Below are positions 7,041 through 15,659 of a stretch of 64,000 nucleotides of DNA, piece by piece (within the stretch, counting starts at the first letter, position 1; each line of letters opens with the position of its first letter). Position numbers and translations under genes: made by a program. A model generated the notes under the pieces. That model searched no databases. It was not told the DNA's origin and worked only from the letters and a program-made list of their open reading frames with translations. The stretch comes from Dehalococcoidia bacterium (lineage in GTDB: Bacteria; Chloroflexota; Dehalococcoidia; GIF9; AB-539-J10): contig JAUWQI010000002.1 in the NCBI GenBank assembly GCA_030611085.1, positions 37,961-101,960 on the forward strand. Direction: 5' to 3'.

Positions 7041-8120
7041 ATGCAGCACAAAGTAACTTTTATCCCCGGTGACGGTGTAGGTCCTGAGATAGCCAGTGCA
7101 ACCCAGAGGGTATTGGAGGCAACTGGAGTCCAATTCCAGTGGGATGAGGTCATCATAGGTGAAAAGGCACAGGATATGTTTGGCACACCACTTCCCGAAC
7201 ACGCCTTGGAATCTATAAAGAAAAACAGGGTGGCTCTTAAAGCGCCAGTGACCACTCCCATGGGTAGTGGTTTTAGAAGCGTTAATGTAGCTTTGAGGCA
7301 AAACTTGGACCTTTATACTTGCCTTCGCCCCTATAAGATTTATCCTGGAGTGCATACACCATACAAAGATGTGGATATAGTTGTGGTGAGAGAGAATACC
7401 GAGGACCTGTATGCTGGCATTGAATTTGCCAAGGATAATCCACGGACAGCAGAGCTGCTTGATTTTGTCTTCACCGCCACTGGAAAACAGGTGAAGAAGG
7501 ATTCCGCCGTGAGCCTGAAAGTGATATCTCAGGCGGCAAGTGAGAGAATCGTTAAATTTGCCTTTGACTACGCACGGCAAAATGCCAGGAAGAAGGTAAC
7601 AGCGGTTCATAAGTCTAATATACTCAAATTTTCTGATGGGCTTTTCCTGGACGCCGCTCGCCAGGTAGCTAAGGAATACACCGATATAGAGTTTACAGAT
7701 GTAGTCGTGGATGCGTTGTGTATGCAGTTAGTAAGAAGGCCGGAGCAATTTGATGTTCTTGTTTTGCCAAACTTCTATGGGGATTTTATCTCTGACCTTT
7801 GTGCCGGACTAGTGGGTGGTTTAGGAATAGCGCCCGGAGCCAATATAGGTGACAATATAGCCATTTTCGAACCTACTCATGGGAGCGCCCCTAAATATGC
7901 GGGGCAAAACAAAGTGAACCCCATGGCAATGATGCTCTCCAGTGTGATGATGCTTCGCTATCTAGGAGAGCAGGACAGCGCTACCAAGCTAGAGAAAGCC
8001 ATAGCCGAAGTCATCGCTGAGGGTAAAAATGTTACTTATGACTTAAAGCTTGACCGAAATGATAGCACCGCGGTAGGCACCAGCCAGGTAGCTGATGCCG
8101 TAATAGAGAAACTAGGATGA
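7041..8120 (+). CDS. icd: Isocitrate dehydrogenase
   Basis: 359 aa; TTPMGSGFRSVNVALRQNLDLYTCLRP closely follows the E. coli-type IDH segment [23 protein letters not shown]; also VRENTEDLYAGIEF and EPTHGSAPKYAG. Confidence 0.8.
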   Translation: MQHKVTFIPGDGVGPEIASATQRVLEATGVQFQWDEVIIGEKAQDMFGTPLPEHALESIKKNRVALKAPVTTPMGSGFRSVNVALRQNLDLYTCLRPYKIYPGVHTPYKDVDIVVVRENTEDLYAGIEFAKDNPRTAELLDFVFTATGKQVKKDSAVSLKVISQAASERIVKFAFDYARQNARKKVTAVHKSNILKFSDGLFLDAARQVAKEYTDIEFTDVVVDALCMQLVRRPEQFDVLVLPNFYGDFISDLCAGLVGGLGIAPGANIGDNIAIFEPTHGSAPKYAGQNKVNPMAMMLSSVMMLRYLGEQDSATKLEKAIAEVIAEGKNVTYDLKLDRNDSTAVGTSQVADAVIEKLG

Positions 8121-8125
8121 GGAAT

Positions 8126-8193
8126 GTCATTGCGGCAACTAAGATTCTTCGCTTGTCATTGCGAGGCTGACGAAGTGAAGCCGAAGCAATCTC
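8126..8193. repeat. R1 repeat (two units)
   Basis: gtcattgcggcaactaagattcttcgcttgtcattgcgaggctgacgaagtgaagccgaagcaatctc. Confidence 0.8.
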
Positions 8194-8210
8194 CAATCCA
8201 ATAAAGGTGA

Positions 8211-8233
8211 GTAGTTGCCTGATTTCTCAGGCT
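8211..8233. repeat. R3a repeat
   Basis: gtagttgcctgatttctcaggct. Confidence 0.75.
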
Positions 8234-8306
8234 CAATTTCGGTTACTTTTATGTGATTTAACAATCCTCTCTTTGGTTACATATCAGGATGACTTAATTG
8301 GCGACC

Positions 8307-8335
8307 TTGACAAAAAGTAAAAACAGCTATATATC
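8307..8335 (+). promoter_or_regulatory. Candidate promoter TTGACA-N17-TATATC upstream of the mutase genes
   Basis: Perfect -35 hexamer, 17-nt spacer and an AT-rich -10, about 65 nt upstream of ATG 8400. Confidence 0.4.
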
Positions 8336-8399
8336 TTTAACAAGGTAGGATATCCTTCCAGCTCAAGCGAGGATGTGGAAGGAAGAGAGGAGAGTTGAT

Positions 8400-10079
8400 A
8401 TGGAGAATATCGATAAGATTGTTGAAGAAGAAAGAAAGTGGAAGCAAAGAAATAAGATAGGTGTGCCACCCAAGTCACCACCAGTCAAGACCGACTTTGA
8501 TACAGAGGTGGATGCGGTTTATACGCCTGCGAGTATTAAGGACAAGGATTATCTTAAAGACATTGGCTTTCCCGGGGAATATCCTTTCACCAGAGGTCCT
8601 TACCCTGAGATGTCCCGCCACAGACCCTGGAGGTATAGCGTATTTACTGGGTTTGATACCCCCGCGGAGACCAATAAAAGGTGGAAGTTCCTATATGAGG
8701 CAGGTCAGCCTGTCTTCAATTGTGTCTATGACCTGCCCAGCCTCATGGGATTAGACCCTGATGACCCCTTATGCGAAGGAGAGGTAGGCAGAGTTGGTAT
8801 CCCAATCTGTAGCGCGGCTGATATTGAGACGGTGTTCCAAGATTTGCCCATGGGAAAAGTCCCTTTCTTTGGAAACAATGAAACCATGGCGCCAATAATT
8901 GTGGCATTCTATATTGCTGCAGCAAAGAAAAGGGGAATCGCTGAGGCTAACCTGCCTGGCAATATCTCCAATGACCCTCTAAGTACAGCGGCATCAAAGA
9001 GCACGGTGGTTTTCCCTGTGAGGCATAGCTTTCGCTTTGCTTGCGATCTTATAGAATATGCCTGTAAAAACATGCCCCATTTTTATCCTACCAATGTCAA
9101 GGGGATAAACATGAGTGAGGGCGGAGCCAGCATGGTTCAAGAGATGGGCTTTAGTTTCTCCCACGCTTGCTGTTATATCGAGGAATGCTTAAGAAGAGGC
9201 CTGAATCCCGATGATGTGGCTCTAGGAATCACCTTCTTCCTCGGGACAACGCCTCATCTCTTTGAAGAGGTGGCTAAGTATCGTGCTTCCAGAAGGTTAT
9301 GGGCAAGGCTAATGAAGGAGAAATACGGAGTTAAAAACCCTCGTGCCATGGCTCTTAAGTTTACCGCCTTTGCTTGCCCTATATGGTTCCAGTTTGAAGA
9401 GCCCGAACTCAATCTGGTAAGAGGTACTATACAAGGCTTGGCTCAGGCCCTTGGAGGTTGTCAAGCCACACCTCATCCCTGTCATGATGAAGTTTTTGCT
9501 ATTCCCACCGAACACAGTCAGAATTTAGCCCTGGGAACACAGCAGATTCTGGCAGAGGAAACCAACATAACAAAGACAGTGGACCCCCTGGGGGGTTCTT
9601 ATTATGTGGAGTGGTTAACTGACCTGATGGAGAAGAAGATTATCGAGGTGATGGATGGGGTAGAAGCTCATGGGGGTGCCCTTGACGCTTTGGAGTCGGG
9701 ATATACCAAGCGGGAGATTATGAACTATTACGCTAAAATAATAAGGGATATCGAGAGCGGAGAACGGGTGATCGTTCGGCGGAACAAATATCAAGTAAAG
9801 CAGGAACAGGACCCCAGAGAGATGCTTACACTGCACACTCCAAACGAGGCGGCAGTAAGAAGATATATAGAGGATGTGAAAAGATTAAAGAGGGAAAGGG
9901 ATAACTCCCGAGTGGAGACTTGCCTTGCCCGATTGAAGGATGCGGCGAAGGGTGAAGAGAATCTAATGCCTTACCTCATTGAAGGTGCTGAAGCTTATGC
10001 TACTTTAGGGGAAATGGTTAAAGCGCTGAAGGAAGTCTTTGGCGAGTTTAAGCCTCCAGCATTTGTCCCGATTATATAA
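8400..10079 (+). CDS. Methylmalonyl-CoA mutase-family catalytic (large) subunit, strongly divergent active-site segments
   Basis: ORF track starts at 8373; I prefer ATG 8400, preceded by GGAGAG. FPGEYPFTRGPYP, EGEVGRVGI, AKYRASRRLWARLMKEKYG, DPLGGSYYVEWLTD are mutase family motifs. Confidence 0.8.
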   Translation: MENIDKIVEEERKWKQRNKIGVPPKSPPVKTDFDTEVDAVYTPASIKDKDYLKDIGFPGEYPFTRGPYPEMSRHRPWRYSVFTGFDTPAETNKRWKFLYEAGQPVFNCVYDLPSLMGLDPDDPLCEGEVGRVGIPICSAADIETVFQDLPMGKVPFFGNNETMAPIIVAFYIAAAKKRGIAEANLPGNISNDPLSTAASKSTVVFPVRHSFRFACDLIEYACKNMPHFYPTNVKGINMSEGGASMVQEMGFSFSHACCYIEECLRRGLNPDDVALGITFFLGTTPHLFEEVAKYRASRRLWARLMKEKYGVKNPRAMALKFTAFACPIWFQFEEPELNLVRGTIQGLAQALGGCQATPHPCHDEVFAIPTEHSQNLALGTQQILAEETNITKTVDPLGGSYYVEWLTDLMEKKIIEVMDGVEAHGGALDALESGYTKREIMNYYAKIIRDIESGERVIVRRNKYQVKQEQDPREMLTLHTPNEAAVRRYIEDVKRLKRERDNSRVETCLARLKDAAKGEENLMPYLIEGAEAYATLGEMVKALKEVFGEFKPPAFVPII

Positions 10080-10118
10080 CTGACAAGCTCATTTTTTCGT
10101 GAAGGGAGGTTATAACCA

Positions 10119-10523
10119 ATGTCTGAAAAAAAGATAAGAGTGCTTATGACTAAACCTGGACTGGATGGTCATGAGATAGGAGCAGTCGTTGTGGCTAGAG
10201 GATTGCGGGATGCTGGTATGGAAGTAATTTATACCGGCCTTTTCCAAACTCCGGAGAAGATAGTGGCTACTGCTATTCAGGAGGATGTGGATGTCATTGG
10301 CTGTAGTATCTATTCCGGTGCCCATCAGGTGCTTATGAGGAAAATAAACAAAATCATCAAGGAAAAGGTAGGCAGTGATAAAAAATTTCTGGTACTAGTA
10401 GGAGGGCCCATCGTTCCTGCAGATATACCAAAACTGAAGAAGGTAGGAGTCGATGAGGTATTCTCAAGTCGCGCCAGGATGGAGGATATAGTGAAGTTTA
10501 TAGAGGAGCATGTTCCAGAGTAG
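10119..10523 (+). CDS. Cobalamin (B12)-binding small subunit of acyl-CoA mutase
   Basis: 134 aa; DxHxxG motif in KPGLDGHEIGAVVVARGLRDAGMEV, plus VGGPIVP. Confidence 0.85.
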   Translation: MSEKKIRVLMTKPGLDGHEIGAVVVARGLRDAGMEVIYTGLFQTPEKIVATAIQEDVDVIGCSIYSGAHQVLMRKINKIIKEKVGSDKKFLVLVGGPIVPADIPKLKKVGVDEVFSSRARMEDIVKFIEEHVPE

Positions 10524-10636
10524 GCAGTAGTTTCAACCTCCTTCTTAATAGAAGCTCCCTTAGCAACTTCGCGAATGGGCGGAAGGTCTGTTCTTTGGGG
10601 CAATCTTAATGTTACTCATTCCGCTGCAAATGTTAT

Positions 10637-11527
10637 CTAGGATTGCAGTGAAGTAATTTCTTTAGCTGCTGCCACTACATTGTATAAAAGCATGGCTACC
10701 GTCATAGGTCCCACTCCGCCGGGAACTGGTGTTATCGCTTCGGCTTTCTCCTTAACAGCATCAAAATCTACATCACCTACTAATCGGTAACCTTTAGGTG
10801 CAGTAGGGTCTGTCACACGATTAATGCCTACATCTATAACCACTGCTCCTGGCTTAACCATGTCAGCAGTTATTGCCCTAGGACTGCCCATAGATGCCAC
10901 TAAAATATCAGCTTGCCTGGTGATAGAAGTCAAATCCCTTGTCTTAGTATGGCAAAGAGTCACAGTGGCATTAGCTCCTTCCTTCTTTTGCATTAACATA
11001 GCTGCCAAAGGCTTGCCCACAATGTTACTTCGACCGCAAATAACTACATGTTTGCCCTCAGGGTCATATCCGCTCTTGAGCAGAAGTCGCTGAATGCCAT
11101 GAGCGGTGCAAGGTAACAAATAAGGTTCACCTTTAAGCATTTTGCCCATATTCACGGGGTGAAAGGCATCTACATCCTTTTCTGGGGAAATTCGATTAGT
11201 TACCCTTTCCTCAGAGACATACTCAGGCAAGGGCAACTGCACCAAAATGCCATGGAATTTCGAGTTCCTGTTAAGTGAATCAACAATCCGTAAAATCTCT
11301 TCCTCAGGAGCGTCTGACGGCAACTGTATTGTCTCTTCATAAATACCTATTCGCGCGCAGGCTTTTCCCTTGCCTTTGACATAGGAAACAGAGGCTGGGT
11401 CTTCTCCCACCAGCACTACTCCTAGCCCCGGGTTTATCCCTCTTTCCTTTAATTGCCTTATATCAACATCGAGTTCGTCGTAAATCTCTTGGGCTAGCTT
11501 ATTGCCATCAATTATCTTAGCTGTCAT
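10637..11527 (-). CDS. folD: Bifunctional methylenetetrahydrofolate dehydrogenase/cyclohydrolase
   Basis: IIDGNKLA.., VLVGEDPASVSYVKGKGKAC, VICGRSNIVGKPLA, PVPGGVGPMTVAMLL. The ORF-track GTG at 11536 lies in a repeat; ATG 11527-11525 with a GAGGTG RBS is the likely start. Confidence 0.9.
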   Translation of the reverse strand: MTAKIIDGNKLAQEIYDELDVDIRQLKERGINPGLGVVLVGEDPASVSYVKGKGKACARIGIYEETIQLPSDAPEEEILRIVDSLNRNSKFHGILVQLPLPEYVSEERVTNRISPEKDVDAFHPVNMGKMLKGEPYLLPCTAHGIQRLLLKSGYDPEGKHVVICGRSNIVGKPLAAMLMQKKEGANATVTLCHTKTRDLTSITRQADILVASMGSPRAITADMVKPGAVVIDVGINRVTDPTAPKGYRLVGDVDFDAVKEKAEAITPVPGGVGPMTVAMLLYNVVAAAKEITSLQS

Positions 11528-11708
11528 TGCGAGCACCTCTGTTAGCTGCGAGCCCTATAGAGCGGGGACTTGTCCCCCGCAGCGCTCTCTTATTTACCCA
11601 TAGTTTACCAACTTATAAAGTGTTCAGCCACTCCTTATGTCACCCCCTTTTCGTCACTGCAGTGAGCCAAAGTTGCGAGCGAGCCGCCGCAACCGAGGCG
11701 TGGCAATC
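11523..11708. repeat. Composite repeat region (R1 unit, R3b palindrome, degenerate R1)
   Basis: gtcattgcgagc at 11523, gcggggacttgtcccccgc at ~11567, gtcactgcagtgagcc..gcgtggcaatc at 11653-11708. Confidence 0.65.
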
Positions 11709-11737
11709 TTGATTTAGCAATAACAATAATGCATAAT
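11709..11737 (+). promoter_or_regulatory. Candidate promoter TTGATT-N17-CATAAT
   Basis: Consensus-like hexamers 60 nt upstream of ATG 11798. Confidence 0.3.
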
Positions 11738-11797
11738 TCTTGTAAAGAATCAGCGCTCAGTGGTTAGCTGAAATAATAGCCCTGGGGGTATTTACTC

Positions 11798-13216
11798 ATG
11801 GATATAGTAGCTCAAATGAAAAAGTTTATGGAGCCTAAATCTGTGGCTCTCATCGGTGTATCACGCTCAGCCATGACAATACGCGAAGCACCTTTTGATC
11901 TGTTAGCAAATCTGATTAACTGCGGTTACCAGGGCAAGATTTACCCCGTACATCCCCAAGCTACCAAAATTCGAGGACTGAAAACCTACGCAAGCATAGC
12001 AGACGCACCCGCAAATATCGATTTAGCCGTGATAAACCTGCCCCGGAATATGGTTCCCCGGATAGTTAAAGAATGCGTCAATAAAGGCATCAAAGCTATA
12101 ACTATAGTAACGCAGGGCTTCGCTGATGCCGATGATGACAAGGGGAAACAGCTACAAAAGGAGATTGCTAGTGCCATCAGTGGGACTGATACTAGGATAT
12201 TGGGTCCCAATACTTTTGGTACAGCCAACGCTTACATTAATTTTAGCTCCGCCTTTGTTGCTATACAAATGGAGAGAATGCCAATTGGTTTTATATGTCA
12301 GACCGGAGTCTTCTTCTCAACAAGTTTTGCCGACTTGAAATTGATAGGAAAGGGTATTGATTTAGGCAATGGTTGTGATGTTAATTTCGCTGATGGCTTA
12401 AAATACTTCGAACAAGATACCGAAACAAAAGTGGTGGGGTTACATATTGAAGGCATGAGAGACGCTTCACAGTTTGTAACACAAGTTAAGCAAGTAGCTC
12501 GTAGGAAGCCAATAGTTGTTCTCAAGACAGGGAGGAGCGAGCGAGCTGCCCAAGCAGCTCAGTCCCACACAGGCTCCTTGGTGGGCAAGGATGAAATCTG
12601 GAGTGCATCTCTCAAGCAGGCTGGAGTAACCAGAGTTGATGATATAGAAGAACTCAGCGACACAATAAAGGCTTTCTATATACTGCCTCCAATGAAAGGC
12701 AGAAGAATAGGTATCGTTACTCACTCTGGTGGGTTTGGCATCATGGGAGTAGACGCTTGCCATAAGTTTAATTTAAAGATAGCCAAACTATCGCCAGCAA
12801 CTACCAAGCGACTGAGTGTTTTACTTCCCTCGTGGCAAAATGTCGGCAATCCCCTGGATATATGGCCAGCAATAATGGTAGCAAAGAAAGCGTCGCTGTC
12901 TGAAGCTCAAGAGATAGCGACACAAACTCTCCTCGATGACCCTGGAGTAGATGCTGTTCTATGTATACTTGGCGCTTTTGCGTCTCCCACTGGTATGGGT
13001 CTCAATCAGACGATAGAAAGAGCCATAGATTCACATCCAAGTAAGCCTCTAGTCCTCTATTTTTATGGACCGCTTGCTCGTGAAGCCAAAGATAAATTAG
13101 AAGAAACAGGCAAAACGCTAGTTTTCTCCAGCCCTGATAGGGCTATTAGAGCTTTAGGGCATTTGGCAGACTATTCTGAGTTTCACACAAAATCTCAGAA
13201 TATCCCTCTCCCTTGA
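11798..13216 (+). CDS. ADP-forming acyl/acetyl-CoA synthetase alpha-type subunit (CoA-binding + ligase-CoA domains), paralog 1
   Basis: 472 aa; SVALIGVS, ILGPNTFG, phosphohistidine segment AAQAAQSHTGSLVG. The last residues (..NIPLP*) are read from an R2 repeat. Confidence 0.75.
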   Translation: MDIVAQMKKFMEPKSVALIGVSRSAMTIREAPFDLLANLINCGYQGKIYPVHPQATKIRGLKTYASIADAPANIDLAVINLPRNMVPRIVKECVNKGIKAITIVTQGFADADDDKGKQLQKEIASAISGTDTRILGPNTFGTANAYINFSSAFVAIQMERMPIGFICQTGVFFSTSFADLKLIGKGIDLGNGCDVNFADGLKYFEQDTETKVVGLHIEGMRDASQFVTQVKQVARRKPIVVLKTGRSERAAQAAQSHTGSLVGKDEIWSASLKQAGVTRVDDIEELSDTIKAFYILPPMKGRRIGIVTHSGGFGIMGVDACHKFNLKIAKLSPATTKRLSVLLPSWQNVGNPLDIWPAIMVAKKASLSEAQEIATQTLLDDPGVDAVLCILGAFASPTGMGLNQTIERAIDSHPSKPLVLYFYGPLAREAKDKLEETGKTLVFSSPDRAIRALGHLADYSEFHTKSQNIPLP

Positions 13217-13240
13217 ATGGAGCGGTTAGGTGAGGATGAG
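13202..13240. repeat. R2 repeat (degenerate, inverted orientation)
   Basis: atccctctcccttgaatggagcggttaggtgaggatgag; overlaps the stop of the 11798-13216 gene. Confidence 0.6.
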
Positions 13241-13293
13241 CACTGGTTTTCTTCCAAACTTGGCAGTTTGCACAAGAAGGGCCATTTAGCTTG

Positions 13294-13974
13294 TTATCCT
13301 TCTAGGATTATCCTGGCATCTACAGCTACAGCCTTATCTTTGTAGGCAAATGTGGGATTGAGGTCAAGCTCTTTTATCTGGGGGTTTTGCTCTACAAACT
13401 GAGATACCTTAACTATCAGATCTTCCAGTGCAGAGATGCTGGCTGGCTCCTGGCCTCTATATCCCTCCAGTATGGGATATCCCTTTATTTCCTTGATCAT
13501 CTCTCTAGCATCTCTTTTGGTAACCGGGACTATTCTGAAAGAAACATCTTTTAACACCTCTACCAGCACACCACCAAGCCCAAACATGAGCACGGGACCG
13601 AATTGAGGGTCTTGGCTCATACCAACAATTACCTCTACTCCTGGTGGAGCCATAGGTTGCACCGATACACCCTGAATTATGGACTGGGGGTATTCTTGTT
13701 TGATAGATGACATGATTCCGCTATAGGCTTTACCTACTTGAGTAGCATTGGTTAGTCCTAATCTAACGCCGCCAGAATCGCTCTTGTGAACCACATCAGG
13801 GGAAATTATTTTCAACGCCACCGGGAAGCCCATTCCCTTGCTTATGGAAATAGCCTCCTTTTTATTTCTAGCTAGCTTGGTGTCAATAACGGGTATTCCC
13901 GCCCGTTTGAGAAGCTCCTTGGATTCAACCTCGGTTAACACCTTTCGGCGATTTAGAACCTGACCCCTTGCCAT
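13294..13974 (-). CDS. ADP-forming acyl/acetyl-CoA synthetase beta subunit (ATP-grasp domain)
   Basis: 226 aa; LTEVESKELLKRAGIPV, FPVALKIISPDVVHKSDSGGVRLGL, ELDLNP. Confidence 0.75.
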   Translation of the reverse strand: MARGQVLNRRKVLTEVESKELLKRAGIPVIDTKLARNKKEAISISKGMGFPVALKIISPDVVHKSDSGGVRLGLTNATQVGKAYSGIMSSIKQEYPQSIIQGVSVQPMAPPGVEVIVGMSQDPQFGPVLMFGLGGVLVEVLKDVSFRIVPVTKRDAREMIKEIKGYPILEGYRGQEPASISALEDLIVKVSQFVEQNPQIKELDLNPTFAYKDKAVAVDARIILEG

Positions 13975-14092
13975 TGCTTCTTTCCTCCTTTAGCTAGCAT
14001 AGTTATTTTAACTGCCCATCTTAATCTATTATTTGGTTTCTGTCTAGAAAAGTTTGATGTATGTCGTAAAGCAATGATAAAATAGCCGCTAA

Positions 14093-15659
14093 TTGCTGTC
14101 ATTGCGAGCTTTCGCTTCCTACCGTTCTGAGCATGTGAGCCGAAGCCCTGAACAAAGTGAAGGGGAAGAATCTCGCTGCACTAAGGGCAGGCTCGGCGAA
14201 GCAATCCCAATTAACATAAAGGGGGAAGAGATTAAATCAGATTTAGATAGCATCTTTAATTCCAAGTCAGTAGCAGTTGTAGGAGTTTCTACTAAAGGCG
14301 CAAAGCTACAGTTCGGAGGGTTAAACTTTGTAGATGCTTTATTGCGCTGTGACTTTAAGGGCAATATCTACCCTGTAAATCCTAGAGGTGGGGAAATCCT
14401 GGGATTAAAGGCTTATCCTAGCCTCAAGGATATTCCCGAGCCAGTTGACTATGTTATTTGTAGCATTCCAGCTCCTCAAATACCACAATTGATTCAGGAT
14501 TGCATCGTTAAGAAAGTAAAGACGCTGCATATATATACTGGCGGATTTTCTGAGAGTGGTACTAAGAAAGGCAAACAATTAGAGGAAGAGATTTCCTCCT
14601 TAGCTCGTCAAAACGGGATTCGCATCATTGGCCCCAATTGTGTGGGGATATATTGTCCTAAATCGGGGCTGTCCTTTAATGGTGATTCCCCCCACGGAAA
14701 GTGGTTCAGTAGCTGTTATTTGCCAGAGTGGTAGCAACTCTAATTACCTGGTTGCGGAGGGAGCTAGAAGAGGCATTCGATTCAGCAAGTTTATTTCCTA
14801 TGGCAATGCCTGCGATATAAATGAGAGCGATTTAATGGAATATTTAGCTGGTGACCAGGATACAAAAATAATACTTGCCTACATCGAGGGAGTTAAGGAC
14901 GGACGGCGATTCAGCCGAGTATTAAAGGAGGCAGCTAGAGTAAAACCTGTGATAGTGCTTAAAGGGGGGATTGGCGAGGCCGGGGCTAGAGCCGCTGCAT
15001 CGCACACTGGCGCTCTAGTTGGGGCAGACGAAGTGTGGGATGCGATTTTGTGCCAGGCTGGAGTCATAAGAGTTTACAGTTTAGAGGAGCTTGTGGATAT
15101 GGCAGTGACCTTTTCCTACTTGCCTTTACCTTCAGAGAGGGGAGTGGGCATTGTCGGCGTTGGCGGGGGAGCTACAGTTCTGGCTACCGATGATTGTACT
15201 AATGCTGGGCTGCTTGTGCCGCGCTTCCCCATAGCAATTCAGGATAAATTAAAGAGCTATCTGGAAAAAGGTAGCTTAGGGGTTGGTCTGAGTAATCCCG
15301 TAGACCTATCAGACCAAGGCTGGGATATATTTTGCGCTTGTACCAAGATAATGCTTGATTATGACAAAATTGGTCTATTGGTAGCTCATTTGCCTGCGGG
15401 CATCTGGCCGCCTAAGCAAATTCCCGGACTTTTTGCTATCGTTAAGGAAATCGTTAGAGCTCACAAAGAATCAAGTAAGCCAATGGCAGTGGTGCTTGGG
15501 CATCCAGTTACTACCACAGCCTGGCACGCAGTTCTCGAATGCGAGCGACAGTGTCTTGAAAATGGTTTGCCTGTTTACCACTCTTTAAGTAACGCAGCTA
15601 AGGCTATCGCCCGCTTTCTTGATTATCATGAACATAGGTTTGCAAGGGGATGGAGTTAG
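14093..15659 (+). pseudogene. ADP-forming acyl-CoA synthetase alpha-type paralog 2, frameshifted in a C6 run (14688-14693)
   Basis: Two overlapping ORFs (14093-14734 and 14628-15659) together align along paralog 3. Removing one C gives ..CPKSGLSFNGDSPTESGSVAVICQSG.. The first ~120 nt of the ORF are R1 repeat, so the true start is uncertain (near 14215-14240). Confidence 0.6.
14098..14208. repeat. R1 repeat (composite)
   Basis: gtcattgcgagc..gttctgagc..gaacaaagtgaaggggaagaatctc..ggcgaagcaatc. Confidence 0.8.

Noticed and set aside
6960-7610. 216-aa minus-strand ORF (and the 6908-7261 ORF) overlapping icd
   Set aside because: It is antisense to a strongly supported isocitrate dehydrogenase gene and begins in an R1 repeat. 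Its composition is Cys/His/Leu-rich junk-like, with no RBS and no recognisable motif.
8121-8399. Cobalamin riboswitch upstream of the B12 mutase genes
   Set aside because: No B12-box-like sequence was recognised. The region is explained by R1 and R3a repeats and a promoter-like site.
14093-14215. ORF-track N-terminus MLSLRAFASYRSEHVSRSPEQSEGEESRCTKGRLGEAIP of the second synthetase paralog
   Set aside because: It is a direct translation of an R1 composite. The homologous paralog starts just before the ..IFNPQSVAIVG segment, so the true start must be downstream of about 14210.
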